Positions 1 through 8,165 of a stretch of 26,300 nucleotides of DNA are shown here, in pieces. The stretch is taken from the NCBI GenBank assembly GCA_029858565.1, contig JAOUEV010000048.1, forward strand, positions 1 through 26,300. Direction: 5' to 3'. The first letter of the stretch is position 1; every line of letters begins with the position of its first letter. The notes under the pieces were generated by a model. The model was not told where the DNA came from. It saw nothing but the letters and a program-made list of their open reading frames with translations, and did no database searches. Position numbers and translations under genes: made by a program. The stretch is from Nitrospirota bacterium. GTDB taxonomy: Bacteria > Nitrospirota > UBA9217.

Positions 1-103
1 GCAGTACGCCGAGACCGTCTGCGTCCGGCAGCACGGCTGCGAGCGTCACCAGCAAACGGTCTCGGCGGCCGAGCCGGGCCGTGTTCGCCACGGCCCACCC
101 GGT
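1..103. repeat. Exact direct repeat of 8039..8141; homology extends to 127 / 8165 with mismatches
   Basis: Base-by-base comparison: 103/103 identical at offset 8038. Positions 104..127 vs 8142..8165 are 16/24 identical. Confidence 0.95.
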
Positions 104-127
104 GAACATATGCGTGATCGGGCTCGT
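1..127 (-). pseudogene. 5' part of a second copy of the YdjM/DUF457-like metal-dependent hydrolase; start codon position is ACG; runs off the window edge
   Basis: Minus strand from 127 reads ACG AGC CCG ATC ACG CAT ATG TTC ACC GGG TGG (T/M-SPITHMFTGWAVANTARLGRRD...), versus MSPITHFLTGWAVANT for 7587..8165. A strong SD (GGGGAGGG) lies just upstream. Not in the ORF track. Confidence 0.8.
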
Positions 128-143
128 ATGTTCCCTCCCCCTA

Positions 144-482
144 CTACTCGTATTTCCTGAATTTTGCCTTTATCGCGATGATGGCATCGACATTAATGAG
201 TGCATCGAGGAAGTCCTCGCCGCCCGACAGCTCGGAGAGGTGCAGATGACTGTCGTTCACCTCCATGACCTTGCCGGTCATAATCTGACCGCCTTTTAGC
301 AGGACCGTGATATGTTTGTCCTTATACATCGCGATGTTCTTGCTCATGGGGAACGTCACCATGTACTTCGCCCCTTCGATCGGCACGATCTTGGATCCGG
401 CCTCAGCCGGACTGCTGCCCAGAACCGCCATCCCGCCCATGAGAAGCATGAAGCACAGTACGAACAACACTCTCTTTTTCAT
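144..482 (-). CDS. Exported hypothetical protein (112 aa) with an Sm/Hfq-like pattern
   Basis: Start re-assigned to ATG 482 (SD-like GAGGAAAGGA). Signal peptide MKKRVLFVLCF...AEA. Segment ITVLLKGGQIMTGKVMEVNDSHLHL resembles an Sm1 motif. Confidence 0.75.
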   Translation of the reverse strand: MKKRVLFVLCFMLLMGGMAVLGSSPAEAGSKIVPIEGAKYMVTFPMSKNIAMYKDKHITVLLKGGQIMTGKVMEVNDSHLHLSELSGGEDFLDALINVDAIIAIKAKFRKYE

Positions 483-878
483 GTTCCTTTCCTCTTTTGT
501 TGGTATGTATTTCAATGCGTCAAGTGCAGACCTCTGTGCGCTCATCTTCGCCTGCATCTTCATCCTCATGTTCATTATTATCTCGGCATCGCGCGATACC
601 CGTGAACTGCCGTTCCCGGGTTAGCGAGCATATCCGAATTCCTGCATGCTTCGAAGCCCGACCGGCGCCGTCGGGACCTTCCGCAGCAGGTCGAAGATGC
701 ATTACATTTCCCGAGCGCCTTCACTTTTGTAGCGGTCTCCAGCAGCACCTTCTTGCAGAACCTATTCTCGACAACGTTCATCAGTGTGGTCTTGCCTTCC
801 CTGCCTGCGCGTTCTCGTCCCCGTCCGCGCTAAGACAAGGATCGATCAGTCGCCGGAAGTCCGTGGTGCCGGATTTTT

Positions 879-1341
879 TCAGTTTTTTATGGCGTCAAGC
901 TCCATAAGCGGTTTCCGTCCGGCGTCACCTATTTTCCCGCAGTTCGCCCCCCGCTCCAGCAAGTGCCGCTCACGATTTGATCTTACTTTCGAAACGATCG
1001 GCCGGGCTCGCCCAGGGTTCAGGGGCAATGCGCACTTTCGCGGCGATCGCGGTGACGTTCTCAAATGGTCGTTGATGTACTGATTTACCGGCTGCGTAGC
1101 CGGTTTCAGCAATTGCGGGCTGAATGCCAGCGTAAGTGCCAGTACGGCCGCCGGCGCTCCTGCTACTCCCACGCGGACCAGCCGTTGCTCGGGACGCTGA
1201 AACAGCACAAGCAGTAACCGCCAGAGGCCGCTGATGAGCAGCATGTATGTGCCGCCGAGCAGGGTCATCGGCAATGAGCTTCAGCCGCCGCTCGCCCCTG
1301 ATCTTGACCGGCGTGTGCGTGAATGCCTGGTTCTTTGCCAT
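879..1341 (-). pseudogene. Probable frameshifted membrane-protein remnant
   Basis: ATG 1341 has an AGGAG SD (MAKNQAFTHT...). The hydrophobic, protein-like segment (MLLISGLWRLLLVLF...AAVLALTLAFSPQLL) is in a different frame (879..1274). Confidence 0.35.
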
Positions 1342-1361
1342 GGAGACTCTCCTCTGGCCTG

Positions 1362-1520
1362 TTACAGTACAGAAAGGCTAATCGTTCCAAGGTTTTCTGC
1401 GGGGTTCTTCGTATCCAGGTGGAAAACGCCGGGGTGTTTCCGCATCTGTATTCGTTCCAATGAGGGGCCATATGCCCGGTCCACCATCAGGGCGATGAAA
1501 TAGGTCCCCGCACCGCTTAT
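1362..1520 (-). pseudogene. Possible C-terminal gene fragment
   Basis: Open frame ISGAGTYFIALMVDRAYGPSLERIQMRKHPGVFHLDTKNPAENLGTISLSVL* is bounded by an upstream TGA and ends just before the SD of the 1341 ATG. Confidence 0.3.
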
Positions 1521-1632
1521 TCAGAACAGGACCTTAAATTGGCAGCCCGGCAATCGTGTTGTATTGCCAACCTTATCCTGGTTCCGCTGCATTCCTCGCG
1601 TGTCGTCTCGGTTTCCGATCTCGTCTCAGGTA

Positions 1633-2682
1633 TCACTTTTTCAGGTTTTTCGCCTCCCATGCCCTTACCTTCTTCGCGCCCGCATCGAAAATACGCTCAT
1701 AGTTCCCCTTCTTCACCAGGTCCGCCGCCTTCTTGTCCAGCTTCTTCCAGAGCGGTTCATAGTCATGGTAGGTCTTGAGATAGGCCTCCTGGTTCTTCGG
1801 GGCAACCGCGTCGGTGCCGAACAGGATTCTGTCCCGATGGTCGTTGATCAGACCCGACCATTCCTTCAGTGACTCCTTGCTCTCGGTAACATACTGTGCC
1901 ACGAGGTCCCAGGAGATGTCCATGGACACATGACTGAGCGACGGATCCTCAAGGAACTCGCGGAGCAGTTTCACATGGTCCTTGGTAGGCTTCACCGCCC
2001 TGCCGACGCCGGTATGGGCCCAGATGATCACGGCGTCCTTATGCTGCCGAAGCGCTGTCTTCAGGTCGTCGAGGAACGCCGGCTTGTCCCCGAGCGGAGA
2101 AATGATCGTGCTGATGTCGGTATGCAGCAGGACGACGAGGCCGCTCTCCCCGGCAAAGGTGAGAATATCGTGAAATGCCCGGTCGCGCAGGCTCGCCTTG
2201 CCGCCGGCGATCTTGGGCGAGACAAACTCCTTGTTGATCGAAAACTCGCCGATACCCGTGAACACACCGGGATACATGAGCAGGCATCGCCTGATATGGT
2301 CCACTGCATAGCGGTCCGTGGGATTAAAGCCCGTGATCATGGGATCGAACCGCTTCTGCTGCTTGGGCGCAAGTTTTCTGAACTCTTCCGCGATCATTGC
2401 GTCGGTAAAGGAGGAGTAGTAGAGCTCGGCATCTGAATGAAGATAGTAGCTCGGCGCCCGGTCGCCATCGAGCGAGTCGTCCCACTTCTGCTGGAGCGGC
2501 AGGCCGAACAGCACGCTCCTGCCGACCATATCCCCCATGCGCTCGAGCATCTCCTGCGCAGTAAGGCCGCGCTGAATGTAGTTGGTCAGATGCACGTGAC
2601 CGTCGTGGAACTCGGCACTGCCCGCGGGAACTGCCGCGCACAGCAGAACACCGGCAAGAATCAACATCCATAGTTTTTTCAT
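1633..2682 (-). CDS. Exported amidohydrolase-superfamily protein (Amidohydro_2-like TIM barrel)
   Basis: Signal peptide; metal-binding DGHVH; GIGE, LHTD, WAHTG, DISW and FGTD motifs; AGGAGG SD. Confidence 0.9.
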   Translation of the reverse strand: MKKLWMLILAGVLLCAAVPAGSAEFHDGHVHLTNYIQRGLTAQEMLERMGDMVGRSVLFGLPLQQKWDDSLDGDRAPSYYLHSDAELYYSSFTDAMIAEEFRKLAPKQQKRFDPMITGFNPTDRYAVDHIRRCLLMYPGVFTGIGEFSINKEFVSPKIAGGKASLRDRAFHDILTFAGESGLVVLLHTDISTIISPLGDKPAFLDDLKTALRQHKDAVIIWAHTGVGRAVKPTKDHVKLLREFLEDPSLSHVSMDISWDLVAQYVTESKESLKEWSGLINDHRDRILFGTDAVAPKNQEAYLKTYHDYEPLWKKLDKKAADLVKKGNYERIFDAGAKKVRAWEAKNLKK

Positions 2683-2711
2683 TTTCCCTGGCCTCCTTGC
2701 ATAGTCGTATA

Positions 2712-4886
2712 CTATTCCGACTTTTTCGGTTCTTTTCTCTCGACCGCTCGTCCGGTTTTTGCCGTGCTCGGACCGAGAACCTTTTCGAGCATCCCCACGA
2801 TCTTTCGGTGGCCGTATTTCTTTGCCAGCGCGAGCGGCGTCCTGCCCATGTTGTTCCTGATGTTCGCACGGGCGTCGTGCTCCAGCAGAACCTGCACGAC
2901 CTCGGTGTGGCCGTCCCTGGCGGCGACAAGAAGGGGGGTATTCCCGGCGCTGTCGATCACCTGGACATCCGCTCCGCGCTCGAGCAGCTCCCGAACGAGT
3001 TCCGCATTCCCGGCTGCTGCTGCGCTCATGAGCGCGGTCCCGTTGTCCTTGTCCTTCGCGTTGATGTCCGCGCCGCGCTCGATCAGGAGCTTTGCGATCT
3101 CCGTATGTTTTCCCGCATACATGAGCGGGGTACTCCGGTCCCGGCCCGGTCCGTTCACGTCCGCGCCGCGGTCAAGCAGCAACTCTGCGACCTCCTTGTG
3201 ACCGTGGCCAACAGCGGTATGCAGGGGGGTGTTCCTGCTGTATTTCTCCCGGACCGCCACGCCGACGCCGGCATCGAGCAGCATCTGCACCATCTCCCGA
3301 GACCCCTTCTCGCATGCTCCGAAGAACATCTCCCGTCCATGGGTCCTGGTTATCTCCGGGTGCCGGTTGAGCAGGGTCCGGACGGTCTCGATATGTCCGC
3401 TGACCGCCGCGATCGCGAAGGGATGGGTGAAGCCGCGCGGCGATATCTTTATGTCGGCTCCGCGGTCGAGCAGGAGATCGACCACGCCCGCGTGACCATA
3501 CCGGATCGCCACCATGAGCGGCGTGTTGCTGCCATTGTCCTGGACATTTATATCGACCCCTCTCGTGAGGAGCATGCGCACGATCTCCCGGCTTCCCCGC
3601 ATGGAGGCATAGTGCAAGGCAGTAATACCCTTCTCCATCTTCAACTCAGGATCAGCGTTCTTTTCGAGCAGTAGTTTTGCAACAGCCGGATGGTCCCTGC
3701 TTGCCGCCAGCATCAGGGCGGTGTGGCCGAACTGGTCAGCGGTATCCGGATTCTCGCCATCCTGCAGCAGTTTCTTGACCGCCTGAAGGTCCCCTGCTGC
3801 CGCCTTCGCCAGGATGCCTTCGCCCGCGAACTCCCGGGGATTGCCCAGGTCTTCGTCAATGAATTTATTGATCACTCCGCGCAGCTTTTGCCGTTTGGGA
3901 TCGCGCTGATCGAGCAGAGCAGACAGTTTCCCACTCAGTCCGCTGCTGCTCCGGCCCCTGACCTCCTTCTTCATGAACCTCTCCGCCGAGAGCGCAGCGA
4001 TGTCCTTTCTGAGCTTCTCCAGCTTCTTTTGTTCTTCCCGTTCCTGCCGGTCCTTCTCTTGATCCTCTTTGATCAGACGGCTTACTTCAGGCGGTATATG
4101 AGGCGACGGATTAACAGTCGCGTTCAGGATCACGGTTAGGATCTGGATACCGACAAGGGTCAGGTATATCCAGTTGAAATTGCGCGCAAGGAACTCCATT
4201 CCCTTGGCCCCGAGCCGCGACTCGCGGTCCTCGAAGACGATAGCCGTGCCTTTTGTCTCGCTGCGAGGCTGCTCCGGCTGGGCCGTCGTTCCCTCTTCGC
4301 GCGTGAGCGGCCGTCCCTTGGCATCGGTCTCCCGGTACTCCGTCCCCTGCGCAGGCAGTCCGAGGACTAGCAGGACCAGGGCATGGTACTGCTCAACATA
4401 GTAGGAGTTTACCGTGATCTTTTCGCCCTGCTTCGACCAGATAGTCATCTTCTGCTGGGACCCGAAGTGGAAATACTCCTTCTGCACGATCCGCGCCGCT
4501 TCGTCCCATGCAATGAACAGTTCCCGGTTCTTCCAGATTCCCGCCTTGCTCACGACGATCTCGGTCCTGCGCACCTTCCTGCTGGCGATGAAGAACCCTG
4601 CCCCAATGGAGAGGGAGATCGCGATGCCGACCGCGAGGGACATGCCGATGCCAAAGATGACAGCCATCACCGGACAGAGGATCACGAGGCCGAGAGCGGA
4701 CAGGTCCCATTCCCAGACCCACTTCCCCCGGAACCGCCAGGGCCCTTCGAGCGGAAGTCCCTTCCGCTCCAGCTCCTGGGCCCAGCCCTCTTCGGACATG
4801 TCGAGCTGTGCGTGTCCCTTCAGGGCCGCCAGGTCCCGGATTTCATAGATCTTTTCCGGAAACGGCATGCGTGGGCTCATTCCCAT
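2712..4886 (-). CDS. Membrane-anchored ankyrin-repeat protein (TM pair, PH-like segment, TM, coiled coil, about 10 ANK repeats)
   Basis: Repeated ankyrin consensus (GHTALMLAA, GITALHYAS, NTPLMVAI, NTPLHTAV, GTALMSAA, GNTPLLVAA, GRTPLALA), N-terminal hydrophobic segments and a KE-rich helix. Confidence 0.9.
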   Translation of the reverse strand: MGMSPRMPFPEKIYEIRDLAALKGHAQLDMSEEGWAQELERKGLPLEGPWRFRGKWVWEWDLSALGLVILCPVMAVIFGIGMSLAVGIAISLSIGAGFFIASRKVRRTEIVVSKAGIWKNRELFIAWDEAARIVQKEYFHFGSQQKMTIWSKQGEKITVNSYYVEQYHALVLLVLGLPAQGTEYRETDAKGRPLTREEGTTAQPEQPRSETKGTAIVFEDRESRLGAKGMEFLARNFNWIYLTLVGIQILTVILNATVNPSPHIPPEVSRLIKEDQEKDRQEREEQKKLEKLRKDIAALSAERFMKKEVRGRSSSGLSGKLSALLDQRDPKRQKLRGVINKFIDEDLGNPREFAGEGILAKAAAGDLQAVKKLLQDGENPDTADQFGHTALMLAASRDHPAVAKLLLEKNADPELKMEKGITALHYASMRGSREIVRMLLTRGVDINVQDNGSNTPLMVAIRYGHAGVVDLLLDRGADIKISPRGFTHPFAIAAVSGHIETVRTLLNRHPEITRTHGREMFFGACEKGSREMVQMLLDAGVGVAVREKYSRNTPLHTAVGHGHKEVAELLLDRGADVNGPGRDRSTPLMYAGKHTEIAKLLIERGADINAKDKDNGTALMSAAAAGNAELVRELLERGADVQVIDSAGNTPLLVAARDGHTEVVQVLLEHDARANIRNNMGRTPLALAKKYGHRKIVGMLEKVLGPSTAKTGRAVERKEPKKSE

Positions 4887-4889
4887 GCG

Positions 4890-5591
4890 TTACCTCTTCG
4901 CCTGTTCTTGCGCCCTGCGCAGCAGGTCACCGAGAGCCAAGCCCTCCCCGAGAAATCCCCGAATGTTCTCCTGCGGGACCGTCTTGGCATAGCGATACAA
5001 GACCACTCGGCCGCCCCGTGCCTCGACGGTGCCGTCGATCCGCCGCAGCAGAAAGTCCTGGACCTCCGGCGTGAGCAACCGCGCCACGGCCTCTTCACCC
5101 TCCCCCCGCAGCTCGAACTTCTCGGCCAGGTTCGCGAGCGCAGGCGACGAGATCTCGCGGAGCGGGCTGCTGCGGAGCGTAGATATGCTTCCGGACCTCG
5201 GCGTGAGCTTGCACGCAGGGAAGGACGACCCCGCTACGTCCGCGCAAAATACGGTCGTTGTAATCGTCGTGTTCTTTCGCGACGGCAAGTTGCCCTGAAA
5301 GCGGTAATCGAAGATGGCAAGGGGCATTCCATCTCGACTCCCGCGCATCAGGTTGTGGATTTCAGGCCAAAGCCCTCCGCCGGAGAACAGCTCGAACTCC
5401 TCGAGGCTCTTTAGAAGGGCCCGGTCCGATACATCCTGGTTCCCGTACTCCTTGAACGAGAACCCGAGGCGTTCGGCCAGGGGCGCAATCTCCTGTCGTC
5501 TTCTTATCTTGCGGTTCTTGTCGAGCAGGATGAAGGATCCGAAGATCGCAACACCGAGCCCGATACCGAGGATTATCCCGATATTTGACAT
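4890..5591 (-). CDS. Single-TM hypothetical protein (DUF3137-like)
   Basis: N-terminal TM followed by a basic stretch and LAERLGFSF; GGAGG SD; 3-nt gap to the ankyrin gene. Confidence 0.75.
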   Translation of the reverse strand: MSNIGIILGIGLGVAIFGSFILLDKNRKIRRRQEIAPLAERLGFSFKEYGNQDVSDRALLKSLEEFELFSGGGLWPEIHNLMRGSRDGMPLAIFDYRFQGNLPSRKNTTITTTVFCADVAGSSFPACKLTPRSGSISTLRSSPLREISSPALANLAEKFELRGEGEEAVARLLTPEVQDFLLRRIDGTVEARGGRVVLYRYAKTVPQENIRGFLGEGLALGDLLRRAQEQAKR

Positions 5592-5667
5592 CCGATACCT
5601 CCCTGCGGGCGCCGACTGAATCTCATGCCCGCGCTTCCCGCCTCCACCACGGATCCGCCGTGTCCGC

Positions 5668-6570
5668 TCACATCAGCTTTGCGTCTTCTTCCTTCTCATG
5701 CTTCTTGCGATGATAGAGCCCGGCCCGGTCTGTGAATAATTCATACACGCTGTCTCTCCTGACCGCCCTGAGTGCATACTCCTTTGGCTGGCCGTCGATC
5801 GGACCGTACTCCACTGAGTAGCCGTAGGGTATCCAGATCCGTCCATTAGCCAGCTTTGTCAGCTCTCGCAGGTCCTTTGGATACCGGTGGTGGTCCGCCT
5901 GATATGCCTGTGCAGCGATCATCAGGTTCCGCAGGTCCAGAAGGTCACGGGAATGAAGATTTTCGCTTTCTCGTGCAGACTTGATCAGGATCAGAAGCGA
6001 GAAGAGAATGAACAGGGCAGAAACCGCGACACCTGGTTTCCGAAGCGCCTGCATAGGGCTTTGTTGTTCATTGGTAGATTGACGTTTTCGCGTCCAGAGG
6101 ACGGACACAATATTGAACAGGGAAAGGACCAAAAGGGCAACCGCTGCGAAACCTGGCTCTCGGGGGATCCGGCGGAGGTACAGGAAGGGATCGCCGGTAT
6201 AGGCATAGTACTCCTCGTCCGTACCCTTCCCCCAGGTCCGCAGTACGTACGTGTCTTCCTTGCCCGCTTCCGGCCCGTACTCCACCATGCCCATCCAGGA
6301 TTCGTATCTCATCACGGCGCTGCGTTCGTCCCGGACACCACCGTCAAGAGTCTCCCCCCGGGCGTCAGCATTCTTGAACTTGATGTTCTCCAGATCGCGC
6401 GGATAGGCCTTGTGCTGACGATGATATTGCTCCACGCTCTGCTGGAGCTGCTCTATCAGTCCCATGGCGCGGCCCTCGCGGTCACGCTCCGCCGGACCGC
6501 CGCCACTCTGCGGGATCGATACCATCCAGAAAAACAGTATTACCTGTGCGAGCATGATCATGCGATACAT
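5668..6570 (-). CDS. Membrane protein with two pilin/pseudopilin-like globular repeats
   Basis: Start ATG 6570 after a GGGGGG SD; three hydrophobic segments; duplicated motif QSVEQYHRQHKAYPRDL / AAQAYQADHHRYPKDL, each followed by VEYGP and Y.LR. Confidence 0.7.
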   Translation of the reverse strand: MYRMIMLAQVILFFWMVSIPQSGGGPAERDREGRAMGLIEQLQQSVEQYHRQHKAYPRDLENIKFKNADARGETLDGGVRDERSAVMRYESWMGMVEYGPEAGKEDTYVLRTWGKGTDEEYYAYTGDPFLYLRRIPREPGFAAVALLVLSLFNIVSVLWTRKRQSTNEQQSPMQALRKPGVAVSALFILFSLLILIKSARESENLHSRDLLDLRNLMIAAQAYQADHHRYPKDLRELTKLANGRIWIPYGYSVEYGPIDGQPKEYALRAVRRDSVYELFTDRAGLYHRKKHEKEEDAKLM

Positions 6571-6701
6571 GGAAGCCCCCCTTCGCACTGTCTTTCCCGC
6601 ATCATTCCCGTTTTAGTCTGTGCCTTTAGTCCCTGCTCGGTTTCGTCAGCTGCCTGCTCCCGCCCTTTGCCTACGGCGCCTTCTTGGCTCAAAGAAAGAT
6701 C

Positions 6702-6959
6702 TCAATAATGTTGCCAAGCGGCATTCGGTCGGTTTTTGTCGCGCCAGTAGATCGTTGTTTCATCAGAAGAGCATTGGTATTCCTTGTCCCCTTTCTTATG
6801 CCGGGAGAGGAGCCGGTATCGTTCTTTTCCCCGCTTTTCGTAGACAAGATCGACATCCTTCGTGCGTTCGAAGGTGTATTCGTCGCCCATCTCCTCGATC
6901 CTGTCAGGATACGCTTGCGTATCAGAGCCGGCATCAGCATGCTGCCGGATTGCTTTCAA
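6702..6959 (-). pseudogene. Pilin-like domain fragment lacking a clear N-terminus
   Basis: KAIRQH...AYPDRIEEM...LVYE...YRL matches the repeat of 5668..6570. Its TTG start directly follows, in frame, the TGA of 6960..7562. Confidence 0.5.
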
Positions 6960-7562
6960 TCACGTTCTTGTATCTCCGTGACGGACCCTGCGCGAGTCCA
7001 GGATCTGCTCAGTTTTCAGCTCTTTTCCCTTGCCGCCCGTGACCACGAAATATGAATCGATGTTGTGCCTGACGGCGATGCGAAAGGATGCGGGGTTCTC
7101 TTCCCGGCGATAGAGCACGGGATAGGTCGTACCATACGCTCCGGACCTCGCATTGCAGCTCCCCGGACCTCCGCAGTTGAATCCCTCGATCGCGTCGGGA
7201 CATTTGCCGGTGCTAGTGCACAAGGCATGGACCGTTTCCGCGGTTTTTTGCGCAAAGCCGTCGGCCGACCGCGCAGACATGCCGTGAAGCTTCACGACTG
7301 CAGGCAGCAGGACGATGCAGAGCACCGGGCTGAGCATCCAGCCGCTCGGGCGCTCCTTCCCCCGAATGACGGCCATGGTCATCATGAGCAGCTTACCGAT
7401 GGCGTACACGAAAGAACCGAACGCGACAGCCCATGGACGGCTGGTGAAAAAATCCATGGGCAGGAAGATCAGCGGGAGCGGTATCAGGGGCATGGCAATG
7501 AGGCACGCTTTTCCCTTATTACCTTTCGCCTTGACCACAGACGAGTCCATATTCTTGTGCAT
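6960..7562 (-). CDS. Three-TM membrane protein with a Cys-containing pilin-like C-terminal domain
   Basis: GAGGAG SD; three hydrophobic segments; ALCTSTGKCPDAIEGF...VLYRRE...FRIAVR. Confidence 0.75.
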   Translation of the reverse strand: MHKNMDSSVVKAKGNKGKACLIAMPLIPLPLIFLPMDFFTSRPWAVAFGSFVYAIGKLLMMTMAVIRGKERPSGWMLSPVLCIVLLPAVVKLHGMSARSADGFAQKTAETVHALCTSTGKCPDAIEGFNCGGPGSCNARSGAYGTTYPVLYRREENPASFRIAVRHNIDSYFVVTGGKGKELKTEQILDSRRVRHGDTRT

Positions 7563-7586
7563 AGGTTTTCATTCTCCTCACTCACC

Positions 7587-8165
7587 TCAAGAAACATGCA
7601 GTTCTGCGGGCGCTCCGAACCGGTCCCGCAGAACCTGTACGAATGCGGCATCCGCTCTGGTCGAGACGAATGCTATTGGAGACTGTCCCCGCTTCCATGC
7701 CAGGTAGAACATCAGCGCCATCAATGCTCCGGTGATAATGAAGTTCTGCCACCCGTTCAGCGGCCATTGGCCTTTCCAGACGAACTCATAAGCAGAGAAA
7801 GGCTTCAAATACGGGAACGACCAGAAGTCGTCGCCGAGCCCGCGCGACCCGACGATGTCCTCGAGAAGATGCAAATGAAAAGCGAGGAACACGAGCCCGG
7901 CAGCCATGCGTTTTCGCGCGCCGATGGCGAGCGCCGCGATTGCCAGTGCGATGCCGAAGAACAGATTGTGGAACAGCACGTGATGGAACCGCTGATAGTA
8001 CTCGAAGGCATTGGCGCTGTTCCGACGCACCAGGTCCAGCAGTACGCCGAGACCGTCTGCGTCCGGCAGCACGGCTGCGAGCGTCACCAGCAAACGGTCT
8101 CGGCGGCCGAGCCGGGCCGTGTTCGCCACGGCCCACCCGGTCAGGAAATGAGTAATCGGACTCAT
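7587..8165 (-). CDS. Inner-membrane metal-dependent hydrolase (YdjM/DUF457, LexA-binding family)
   Basis: Family motifs MSPITH, LPDADG, HHVLFHNL and HLHLLED; hydrophobic segments; ATGA overlap with the upstream ORF. Confidence 0.88.
   Translation of the reverse strand: MSPITHFLTGWAVANTARLGRRDRLLVTLAAVLPDADGLGVLLDLVRRNSANAFEYYQRFHHVLFHNLFFGIALAIAALAIGARKRMAAGLVFLAFHLHLLEDIVGSRGLGDDFWSFPYLKPFSAYEFVWKGQWPLNGWQNFIITGALMALMFYLAWKRGQSPIAFVSTRADAAFVQVLRDRFGAPAELHVS

Noticed and set aside
1-127. Diversity-generating retroelement TR/VR pair with 8039..8165
   Set aside because: Mismatches are not adenine-specific on the coding strand, the region is at the gene 5' end, and no reverse transcriptase is in the window.
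6960-6962. Selenocysteine readthrough of TGA
   Set aside because: No redox or Cys-homologous context and no evident SECIS hairpin immediately downstream.
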